From Saprolegnia diclina VS20 (Eukaryota): a stretch of 40,083 bases of DNA. The stretch spans positions 56,784-96,866 of the forward strand of contig NW_008246101.1 in assembly GCF_000281045.1 (NCBI RefSeq), read 5' to 3'. Both the position numbers and the translations under genes were made by a program. Under the pieces are notes generated by a model. The model worked only from the letters and a program-made list of their open reading frames with translations. It did not search any database and was not told the DNA's origin. Positions 11,358-20,961 of this stretch are shown here, in pieces. How positions within the stretch are numbered: the first letter of the stretch is position 1; each line of letters opens with the position of its first letter.

Positions 11358-13995
11358 CTACGTGACGCAGACATAGACTTCTTGGCCCGGCTCGAGCGCT
11401 TCGAGGGCGCGGAGGTACTTGGTTCCTGGCTCGTCGCCGTTCACCAGCGTGGCGTTGACAAACAGACGCTTGCGCCGACGTTTGGGCAGAGAAGGTACGT
11501 CGTCGGCCTTCTTCACATCGTACGCGTGCTTGGCCTTGCAGTGCGTCTGGAGCTTCGAGATCGAATTCGTCTTCTTGTACGGGCAGGCCGGCGTCGGGCA
11601 CGCGTACTCGCCCGCCGCGTTCTTGTGCAGCGCGATGACAGGCCGGACAAGCACCACGTCGGGGCTCGACGGCGGCGACGGCGCCTTGGCTGGCGGGGGG
11701 GCGGGGGCCGGCTTTGGGGTCCGCGGGCCGGTCGGGTTCCGTGTTGGTCGGCCTGCGCAAGCTTGGTGGCATCATGGGTGGTGGCGAGGGCTCCTCTCCT
11801 TCGTCCTCGTCATCTTCTTCGTCTTGTCGAATGTGCAAGCCATGTTCGTGCAAGCAGTGAAACTTGAAGACGCTAAAGTTGACGTGCTCGTACTGGCACG
11901 ATGCCTCGGGACACTCGAACGGCTCGAGCGGGCGCTGACGCAGTGGCGACGCCGAACTCTCGCTCGACGAAAAGCCCGCAAGAGAACGTCGCGCCGGCGC
12001 GCGTCCCCGCCCAGGCGAAGTTATCTGGTCGTCGTCGTCCGAGTGGTAGCTGCTGCGTCGCGGTGGTGTCGGGCGCACTGAATGGCGCATGTTATGAAAG
12101 GGACTCGGGGTCCTGGCGACGTCCGGCGTCGGTGGCAGTGACGGCGTCTCGGGCGTCTCGGGGCGGTAGCCAAGGTGAGCAACCGGAGCCATTTTCGGAG
12201 TACGAGGCGAGTCGGGGCCAAGCCCGAGGTTGGCGTCCGGCGACAACGGCGACGACAATGGCTCCTCGACCGCGTGTGCCAGGGGTGACGTCGGCACGTC
12301 ACGCAGCATCACAAGCTCGGACGGCGCGTCGGTGGCCGAGGTTGCTACCCAAGACGCAGCAAGGCGAGGCTCGTCGTCATCGCCTTCGAGGTCATCATCG
12401 TCAAGATCGATGCTATCATCGTAGTCGAGGTTCGCGCCGGGCGATGGCGGCGGCGAGCGCCCCACGAACGGCTCGTCGAGCGGCGTGGTCTCTTCCTTTG
12501 GCAGAGAAGACGCGACCCTCGTTATCTCTGGCTCTGACGGTGGCTCGTCGACGGAGAATACTGTTGCGGATTCGGAACTATTGAGCCGAGGCTCGTCGTC
12601 GTAGTCGAGGCCGTCGTCGCCATCTTCAGCAGCCTCATCGTCATCGGCATTGTCTTGGCCATCGTCGCCACTGAGCTTGTGTTGACCGTCGAGGTCAGCG
12701 CCTTGCGCCGGCAGCGAGAAGTCCACGGCCGACTCGCTTCCTTGCGCCACTGGTGGCGACGAGACATTGACGGTCAGCGCTTCTAGCGGGGAAGCAGCCT
12801 CGACGGGCGGTGTACACGGCATGCGTTTTGATTCGAGCCCTGGTACATCACTGAACGTCGCAGCACTTGACGTTGTCGGTGTATCGTCCAACACGTCTGC
12901 GTTCTCACGTCGCACGAGCGGCGGTGACGGCGAAGCGTCGGTGGAGCACTCAGGCTGCGGAGATTGCTCTTCTAGGCTGGCTGCGCGTGCATCGTGCGGT
13001 CGTGATGACGGAGGAGACAAGGGCGGCGACATCGGCGCAGCCTCTGTGGTCACCTCGACATGGTTGAGCACGGCGGAGGTTGTGACCTCTAAGGTCATCG
13101 CAGAGAGCAGCATCGTTTGAGTTGGAGAGACAGCTAGACGCGGCGACGAAGAAGCAGTCGGGGCTGTGACACGGCCTGTCTCTGGCGATGGCTCGTTTGG
13201 CGGACGTGTCGTCACGGGTGAAGAGTCCACCGGCACAGGGTCCAGATGCGTAGAGATCGTCGGTGCCAAGTCTGGCATCTGGGTCATTGGCATCACGGCA
13301 GCCGTCGTACCGTCTGTCTCTGGTGCTGGCGGGTTTGGCAGCAGTGGTGTTGTCGCCGGTTGAGACGCCACGGGCGTGGGCTCCAGAGACGCACCGCCAT
13401 TGTGCACCGTGTCGTCCGAGACTGTCGCTGGCAGCAACGGATGAGCGTCGCGCGTGGAAAGCATGTGCTGGACGCGGGCCGCTCGCACGCAGTCGCCGTC
13501 TTGGGCGCGGGGCGGCCCGATCGCAACACCAATCTCATGGCGCGCTTCGACGTGCACGGCCAGAGACGACATTTCGTCGGTCTCAAAGGTGCAGCAGTGC
13601 TGGGGGCACTCGAGCGTCCCGTTCCGACCGCGCTGGATGGGAATGAAGTCCGACGACTGGTGCGTGCCCGTGGCTGTGTCGTCGGTAGCGTCCAGCGGCG
13701 CCGCACGCACCACCATGAAGTCGTGCGCCTGCTCCGTGTGGTCCTGCACGCGAAACAGCATGGGGTGCTTAAAGCCACAGCAGTCGACGGGACAGGCAAA
13801 GGCCGAGTCGGCGTTGCGGGCAACCGGCTGCGCGTCGGCGTAGCTGGCGTCGCTGCGCGCAACGGCAAAGTCGTGCAGCTGCAGCGTATGGCCGTAGAGC
13901 GCGTGGAAGGTGGCGAAGGTGCGGTCGCACGCCGGGCATGCAAAGTCACCGTCGTTGTCCATTGCTACGCCCACGATGGTTGCTCGCTCTGGCAT
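11358..13995 (-). CDS. C2H2 zinc-finger protein (5 dispersed fingers, long disordered middle) with an apparent frameshift near 11690-11770
   Basis: Fingers CPAC..HTLQLH, CPVDCC..HTEQAH, CPQHCC..HVEARH and CPEASC..HCLHEH lie in the 888-aa ORF. A fifth (CPTPAC..HCKAKH), an NLS-like KRRRKR and the C-terminal motif lie in the shifted frame 11358-11657. Confidence 0.8.
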
Positions 13996-14157
13996 GGGCG
14001 GCCCGTTGGCGGCGTGTCCGGATACAGGATGTGCAACCGGATCTGCCGTCCCGCCAAAACTGGAGTTGGTCGAGATGCGTCCTTGGTCCTCTGCGACGGT
14101 GCATCATGCTAATCGACGCGTAATGACATTGTTTCCATTTAAAAAAAGACTAAACAA

Positions 14158-15318
14158 TTATGTACATTCGTCCAGCTCAAAGATGATCTCAGCGCCGGAA
14201 GCGACGGGCGCCAGTATTCGAAAGTCGCCGGTGTTCGTGATCGCCGCGTTGACAACGGCGTTGCTTTGCAGTTGCTTGGAGGTCGTCGTCGTCGTCGTTG
14301 CAGGTGCGTGCTGGATGGCGACTTTGCGCTGATGGGCGTCCTCCGAGTGGAACCGAAGCGACGCGGCGAGGCCGGTTTCAAAGCTGCACAAGGGGCACGC
14401 GTACACCGGGTTCCGCCCGCGCATCGTGGGCACAACGGGCGTGACGCCCGGGGCACTGGCGCCGCTGTAGCTGTGCACACTCTGGCAGTGCGCCGCGAGG
14501 TTCTCGAGCACGGTCGTCTTGTAGCCGCAGCTGGCGACGGGACACCGTAGCTCGCGGCCTTTGCAGGTCGTCGGCCGATCGACGACAAAGGTACCATGAT
14601 GCTGCGCTGCCACATGCTCGAGCAGCGTCGACCAGCACGTGATTGCGGCCTTGCACACTGGACATGTGTACGGGCCCTCGGGCGGGACGAGGTAGCGCGG
14701 CAGCAGATCTGGCATCTTGCGCTTCTTCGACGGATGGACCACTTTGAGGTGCTCTTGAAATGCAGACAGATCGGACGTCTCGAAGGAGCAGTACTGCTTG
14801 GGGCAGTCGTACACGGGCGTGTCGGCGGCTAACGACGTTCGATCAAACGCTGGCAGCGCGTAGCTCGGTTCGTCCGGCAAGGTTCGCTTGTGGCGAGAGG
14901 CGCAATGCTTCTGCAGCTTGGACCACTCGATGCTCGTGGTTGAGCAGTCGGGGCACCGGAACGGCGCGGGCCGATTCTCAATCTGCACGAGGTCCCGTGC
15001 GACGCCGAGGCCGGCGTGGGTGCTATTGATGTGCTGCTTGACGCTCTCATACGACGCGCTGCGAAAGGTGCATTTTGGGCACTGGAGCTCGCGGTTGGGG
15101 CGCTGGAAGATGGCGACGGTCGCGTCGGCGCCGACTTGCATGTCGATGATAAAGTCGTCGTGCTTGTTCGCAACGTGCTGATAGAGGAGTCGCCACACTT
15201 CCGCGCGGTAGGCGCAAGCCTCGTCTGGGCAGCTGTAGAGTCCGTCCGAGTCCATCGTCACGTGTACCGTGTTGGGCCGCGACGACGGCTTGGACTTGCG
15301 GGCCCCGGCTCGGGCCAT
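14158..15318 (-). CDS. C2H2 zinc-finger protein (7 fingers, ~386 aa)
   Basis: From MARAGARKSK (ATG 15318): CPDEAC..HVANKH, CPKC..HINSTH, CPDC..HCASRH, CPKQYC..HLKVVH, CPVC..HVAAQH, CPVASC..HCQSVH, CPLC..HSEDAH. Intronless. Confidence 0.85.
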   Translation of the reverse strand: MARAGARKSKPSSRPNTVHVTMDSDGLYSCPDEACAYRAEVWRLLYQHVANKHDDFIIDMQVGADATVAIFQRPNRELQCPKCTFRSASYESVKQHINSTHAGLGVARDLVQIENRPAPFRCPDCSTTSIEWSKLQKHCASRHKRTLPDEPSYALPAFDRTSLAADTPVYDCPKQYCSFETSDLSAFQEHLKVVHPSKKRKMPDLLPRYLVPPEGPYTCPVCKAAITCWSTLLEHVAAQHHGTFVVDRPTTCKGRELRCPVASCGYKTTVLENLAAHCQSVHSYSGASAPGVTPVVPTMRGRNPVYACPLCSFETGLAASLRFHSEDAHQRKVAIQHAPATTTTTTSKQLQSNAVVNAAITNTGDFRILAPVASGAEIIFELDECT

Positions 15319-16413
15319 GGCGTCGTCTTGACCTGTGGGCAACGGCCCGCTGGCACAATATCCGGACGACCGGATACGCAGGATCGGATAAACACACGCA
15401 ACAATTTTGCGCCGAGCTGCCAGCGACTCGACGCCTCCGACTACAGCTCCGACTACTTTGTTGTTGGCTCTTCCTAGTTCAAGAACTAGAACAGTTGGAT
15501 GAGTTGAATGGTAGTGTGATTGGGAAAGCCGGGGCTTCTCCAGCTGACGAATCGAACGAGACACTGACGTTCTACCTCCGTGCACTGCATGCTCAGTTCC
15601 GAACAAAGGACGGTATGCGACGCTGGCTGGCTCATGACGAAATACTAGAAAGTACTTTCGAGTCATTATTGTTTTCGTGTCCAACGCGGCAGATTCGCAC
15701 ATTTTGAGAATATGAATAACGGTGTCGTGTGCATGGCCTTGCTCTTTGTCGCTTTGGACATTGGTCTCCATTTTGCAACGTCAGCAACGTGGCTTTGACA
15801 AGCCGACTGCTCGCACCTCGGCTCTACAAGCACCGCTCAACCCGACGTCGACCGATTGGCTAAAGCCTGCACCTTGTTTCCCTCGCCCGCCAACTCAAGT
15901 ATTAACTGGATGTAGTAATCGACTTTGTAGACGTACTAGTAAATGAATAGGACTACACCTTCGTGGACAAGGACACTGTGTTTAGAGGAGGTTGGGAGGG
16001 ATTTTTAAGTGTTTGGACGCCCGACTCCCCCAGGCTACGCTATGGGAGCAAGCAGTGTCTTATCATGGGTCTGATGCAGCTTGAAGTGGTGTCGGCGAGC
16101 AGTCGCACACCACCGAGCTATTCGTTGCAAGCCACCGCTAGAACGGCAGCCGAGATGCATCGAATAGTGTACTCTAACGATTAATGGACAACTTGGAACG
16201 GACAATTCGGTCCCCACTTGGGTAAACCTTCTGCTAGTAGACAACATACGTTTTGCAACTGGATCGAGCGGGATCCAGCCGCCGCGTCGCTTCTACAACG
16301 CCGATCGTTCATGCACAACGAGCTCTGGATGAATGCGTTCGCCACTTGTCGGCTGTACATACAACTCGGTGCTGCGCAATATGAGCCCAAATCACTTCTT
16401 AGTTATCTCCGCC

Positions 16414-16797
16414 ATGTTCAAGCGCCTCTTCCTCTCGACGCTGCTGGCTGCCTCTGCGATGGGCCAACTCAACGAAGTGCTCAACCTCGTCTCGAGCGTC
16501 GCGCAGGCCAACCCGATGGTCAACGCCGCCGCGATCCAGCAAAAAGTAGGCACCTTCTTTACGGCGCTGAGCCCGCAGCAAAAGGCGCAGGACGACGCAG
16601 AGATGAACACGGACGCGTTCTGGACGGCCAAGTGGGGCGCCGCGCCCGTCGTCGACGCCCCCGTGCAGATGGCTGCGCCGGCCGCGCCCGTCATGGCGGT
16701 GTTTGCGCCCTCGGCGGACGAGCCGACGACGCCCCCGCCGGTTGCCATGGCCGAGACTTTGAACATCTCTGCACCGACCAACGGCACCACATTCTAA
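16414..16797 (+). CDS. Secreted Ala/Pro-rich hypothetical protein (127 aa)
   Basis: Signal-like MFKRLFLSTLLAASAMG-Q; gccATG start with Inr-like tcacttc upstream; C-terminal NIS/NGT sequons. Confidence 0.75.
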   Translation: MFKRLFLSTLLAASAMGQLNEVLNLVSSVAQANPMVNAAAIQQKVGTFFTALSPQQKAQDDAEMNTDAFWTAKWGAAPVVDAPVQMAAPAAPVMAVFAPSADEPTTPPPVAMAETLNISAPTNGTTF

Positions 16798-17125
16798 GTC
16801 CTTTCGTGCCAGTCCACGACGAATTTGTATTCTTGTCGAATAATGTATTTTCTGTTTCCACTACTCTTTTGAAAAAGTCGATAGGACGTGTACTAGCCTT
16901 CCTGCGCAAGACTACCGGGACGGCGACATGACCGATGCAAGTCCAACCAAATGACGGGCACTAGTACTGAACATTTGCTATCCTATCTGCATCCCTTGGC
17001 ACCGGCGGTCGATGGTGCAGCATAGATGTTATTAGCCAACAAAGTTGTTGAGACCATATACGGTCATCGATGGTATAACGAAAAATGGATTCCACAAAAG
17101 GACTAGGGTTCTAACTAGAGTCGCT

Positions 17126-18206
17126 TTACGCCCGGCAGTTTTCGAGGTCAAAGACAATAATGTCGGTTGCGCCGAGTTCGTGCAAGTCGTCCATGATATC
17201 GCCGACGTCCGAGCGGGGCACCATGGCCGAGACCGCGAAGAACGCTTCGTTGAAGAGCGGGTTGATCGTCGGCGCCTTGCGACCGGGCGTGACCTAGACA
17301 TTGCGTTTAGCCTCCAGCGGCCGTGGGTATGTGTACCTTGATGGCGTGCTGGAGCTTCTCAGAGCAAATGTTGTACGTGATCATCTTGTACTGCTGCGCG
17401 AGGATGAAGCCGACGAAGCGCTGGTGGATCTTCTTGACGAGCTTTTCGTGGCGCGACTTGGGGTTCGAAATCAGGACCGCTTGCGTCGTCAAGATGGTGC
17501 TAATGATCTCAAGGCCCGCAGCCTTCATGGTCGTGCCGGTCTCGACGAGATCGACAATGCCGTCGGCCAAGCCGAGGCCGCAAGCCGCTTCGACCGAGCC
17601 ACCCACGTACTTGATCTCTACACGCGTCCCTGTGAGCTTTGTATCAAGTTGATACGAAGAGCGTACGCGTCGGCGTCGTGGTCTCAAACTGCTTGAAGTA
17701 CTGCGCCGTAATGTGCGGGAACGACGTGACGATGCGCTTCCCGGCGAGCTGGCTCGGGTGCGTGATCGCGCTGTTCACGGGGCCTTGCACAGCCAGTTTG
17801 CAGCGGCCAAATTCAAGGTTCTAGCGTCGCCCATGAGCAGTTGCATGGGAGGCATCGAGAGGACGACTTACCATGAGCTCGTGGACGGTCGTCTGCGACT
17901 CGGCGATGATGTCTTGGCCCGTGATCCCGAGGTCGACGTTACCTTCGCCAACGTACGTGGCAATGTCCGAGGCCGGAAGGAAGACCAGCGTCACAGGCAG
18001 CGACGAGCACTGCGCAATGTCGAGGCGGTTGGGCTATCAGCAAGAGATGATGCAGTGGACATCGCAGACGACGAGCGTACCCGGTTGTAGTCGAGGCCAG
18101 CGCCGTTGAGGAGCTTGACGACGCTCTCGTATAGACGGCCCTTCTTCGGGATCGCGAAGAGGAGGTTGTCCTGCTTGGGCGGTGACATGGGCGGCGCCAT
18201 CGACAT
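17126..18206 (-). CDS. HIS1: ATP phosphoribosyltransferase (long form, histidine biosynthesis), multi-exon
   Basis: LLFAIPKKGRLYE, FLPASDIATYVGEGNVDLGITGQD, GKRIVTSFP, GSVEAACGLGLADGIVDLVETGTTMKAAGL and a C-terminal regulatory domain TPGRKAPTI...IMDDLHELGATDIIVFDLENCRA*. Confidence 0.96.
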
Positions 18207-18221
18207 GGTCTTGTTCGTCGT

Positions 18222-18239
18222 GGAAATTGAAAACTGAGC
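18222..18239 (-). promoter_or_regulatory. Oomycete Inr+FPR core promoter element of HIS1
   Basis: Minus-strand gctcagttttcaatttcc about 15-30 nt upstream of the ATG. Similar elements precede the EF-hand gene (~7220), the 4-TM gene (~19365), tam (~24536-24554) and the FBT gene (~34909-34926). Confidence 0.6.
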
Positions 18240-18817
18240 CAAGGCGACGAAAGATCTTCCATCGAACTTCTGGTGGTACGCGTGGGACAAACCAGATTCA
18301 TCGGTGCTCCCTCGGTTGAAGAGCCTACATGCCCAAATTGCCCTTTTCGATCTCGCACTCTAGTATTGTACAGACGGTACGTCACTAAAGCGAGGGAGTT
18401 TGTCAAGGCCGTCCTCGACCGACATCTAATTCTTGTGGTCGGCTTACGGACACCAGCTGCGCATGCAGCCAGCGCGACGCCTGGGTCGTAGCTCGTTGGC
18501 ACAATTACGCCCAAGCTGCAAGCAAATGGTATGAGGTCGATCGTCATCTTCGGCTTCGGTGGTCTTCCAGGATGCCTCGTCGGCACTGTACCTCCAAGCA
18601 GCAGGTGGCGACACTCACGTCGCTGCTGCGATCGAGCTATCTGCCAAGCTGGCAGCCAGCAAGGATTCCCGTGGTAGCAGGCGGCTACACGCTATTGTCG
18701 GGCGATCGACGCTGCATGCAAGCACCACGAAGCTGCGACTCGCCACTGGCAGCTCATCATGCCACCGCTCGGTAGGAAGACACACAAAACGTTATTGTAG
18801 AAATCGAGTGACACGGG

Positions 18818-19078
18818 CTACTTGGTGTGCCAGAGGCTAAGCCACGCCGATGTGATCGTGTTGGTCTGCTCGATGGACTGCGTCATCTCTTCGAGGTTGT
18901 CGCTGAGCCGCTTGAGCGCCTGGTTGAAGTTGTTCATGGCCTTCGTGCTGGCTTCGTACTCGTCGGCCTCGTTGAGCGCCGGCGCCGGTGGCAGGCGATG
19001 GCCGTCCGTGCTATCCATCATGACCCCGTCGACGTTTTGTCCAATGTGCGCGCTCCGCGCCATTTGCGGCACGTTCAT
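18818..19078 (-). CDS. DUO1: Putative DASH/Dam1 complex subunit, Duo1-like (86 aa)
   Basis: Helix EADEYEASTKAMNNFNQALKRLSDNLEEMTQSIEQTNTITSAWLSL fits, without gaps, the fungal Duo1 pattern as I recall it (L-x5-N[ML]E-x3-Q[TS][VI]E-x8-W). Confidence 0.6.
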   Translation of the reverse strand: MNVPQMARSAHIGQNVDGVMMDSTDGHRLPPAPALNEADEYEASTKAMNNFNQALKRLSDNLEEMTQSIEQTNTITSAWLSLWHTK

Positions 19079-19240
19079 TGGCTATAATACAATACCAACC
19101 ATCGAAAAACGTATTTTAATTCGATCGATTTATTTCTACATACAAAATAAAGTATTGAGCATGTACATTTCAATACAATATTCATTGCTCGCCCTCGGCT
19201 GAAAAATGGAAGGCGTGACGCGCACGCAACGCCACGCGAG

Positions 19241-19336
19241 GATTGGCCACGGAAAATGGATCTTTTGTGTGATTGGTGCAGCGTATGGAAAGGACGCGGG
19301 GATTGGTCCATGGATCCGTCGCGTCGCTTGATTGGG
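19241..19336. promoter_or_regulatory. Array of four CCAAT boxes in a bidirectional promoter
   Basis: GATTGG at 19241, 19271, 19301 and 19330, between divergent ATGs at 19078 (-) and 19393 (+). Confidence 0.7.
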
Positions 19337-19392
19337 CATGGACCGAGGGTTGAGATCTTAGTGTTCACTTTCGATTTCGGCGACTTTGCACC

Positions 19393-19967
19393 ATGCACGA
19401 CTTTGAGGCCGCGCAAGCCCACTTCCTCTACGAGCACCGCGAGCCATGCAGCCAAATCGCGCTCATCCAGATCGTCACGTTCCTCATTTCGTTCGTCTTC
19501 ACGTACGTGACGTGGTGGTCGGGCCTCTTTGGCCTCCTTGTCGCGATCGTCGGCTACTACGGCTGCCTCACGCCCGTCGTGCAGTCCAAAGTGAGCTTCA
19601 TCCAGTTCTACTACTTTGGGAACTGCTTTATCCTGCTCCTCCAAGCGCTCTCGGCGATCGTGCTCATCGTCGTTGTGAGCGAGTGGGCCATCGTCACTGC
19701 GTGGGGCTGGGTCGTCATCGTGCTCGGCACGGTTTGCTTCATCTTCCAGCTCTACATCACGGTACTTCATCCCAGCGTGCATTTCTATGGTCTCATGCGT
19801 GTGTGGCTTAGTACATGGCCGTGCAGCGGTCGCACTCGTACCGCGCTGAGCTCATGCGCAACCCGCCGCCGGCCGAGATCATGGTCTACTCGCAGCAGGC
19901 CGTGTACACGGCCGTGCCGCAAATGGTCAGCGGCTACAAGGCGCCCATGGACACCAAGTCGATTTAA
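19393..19967 (+). CDS. Four-transmembrane hypothetical membrane protein, 2 exons
   Basis: Four hydrophobic segments. Intron 19762-19811 (gtactt..ttag) restores the tail YMAVQRSHSYRAELMRNPPPAE...DTKSI*. Confidence 0.8.
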
Positions 19968-20416
19968 TCGCATCCGTCCTGCCTCTTTTTGCATCGTACG
20001 CTGCTAGCTTTTGTATTATGACATGAATGAACGTGGCGGCGACCTCATCGCCCGCCATACTTCCTACTTGCGTCTCTACCGCAGTGCTAGCGACAAACTG
20101 AACAAGTTGCTGCCAAACCGAGCCTTTAAGCGGTGCCAACGGTGCTGTCATCAGTGCTCGTCGACGCCGATCTTGTCCCAACGGTTGCACCTTGCGTCGT
20201 GTCTCCGTTCATCGATGACCCAACTAACTACAGCAATGATGTGCAAAGTCAAGACCGAGCACCACGTTTCAAAGTTGAATGTCGTGTTAAGTTGCATGTT
20301 GAAAACCTGTGACATTCGATGCCAATATATTTAGTGTGAGAGGTCGGTAATGTTCCTATATCGAGGTGGATCGGGCCAATATTTGGTTGCCGACCATTCA
20401 TCCATTTTTGAGGCCG

Positions 20417-20893
20417 ATGTTTCCTCGCCTTGCTCTCATCGGCGCCGTGGCGCCGCTGCGCGTGGCCAGCCAGCGCCAGATCAACCGCAAGCTCAAGCAC
20501 CCGGCCACGCTACGCAAGCTGGCGCGCAAGGAGGCCGAGAACCCGACGCCCGAGGTCGTTCGGACCTTGAAGTACGAGCCGACGTATGTGCCGGAGAAGG
20601 TGAGCTTCAACGGCTGGTCGCCGGCGCGTGCCGAGGGCCCGGTCGAGGGCCTGCCGTTCACGGTCAAGCGCACGTCGACGGGCCTGCAGCTGCCCGTGTA
20701 CCGCGACTACCGCAACGGCCGCACGCGCATCATCACGATCGTGCGCCGCTTTGACGGCGACGAGGCCGAGTTGCAGCAGGAACTCTCCACAGTATGCGAC
20801 GGCTCGCCCGTGCTGTCGCGCCCGGGCCGCTTGGAAGTCGTCGGCGACTACTCGCACCAAATCAAGCAATACTTTACGGGCCTCGGCTTCTAA
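20417..20893 (+). CDS. MRPL49: Mitochondrial ribosomal protein mL49 (Img2)
   Basis: Arg-rich presequence-like N-terminus, LPFTVKRTSTGLQLPVYRDYRNGRTRIITIVRRFDGD, and C-terminal ..LGF*. Confidence 0.9.
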   Translation: MFPRLALIGAVAPLRVASQRQINRKLKHPATLRKLARKEAENPTPEVVRTLKYEPTYVPEKVSFNGWSPARAEGPVEGLPFTVKRTSTGLQLPVYRDYRNGRTRIITIVRRFDGDEAELQQELSTVCDGSPVLSRPGRLEVVGDYSHQIKQYFTGLGF

Positions 20894-20961
20894 AGCACTA
20901 GCATAGACACACTACTAATACAGACCACGACACGACAAGACACGATCATTAGCCGCGACAA

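Noticed and set aside
11329..11690. C-terminal ~120 aa of the 888-aa ORF as real protein
   Set aside because: The alternative frame encodes a zinc finger, an NLS-like stretch and the paralog-shared tail, so this frame is probably off-frame read-through.
15319..15771. 151-aa N-terminal extension of the 537-aa zinc-finger ORF
   Set aside because: The extension lacks the codon bias and domain content of the rest. ATG 15318 has a gccATGg context and its position relative to the first finger parallels the paralog. Not excluded without RNA data.
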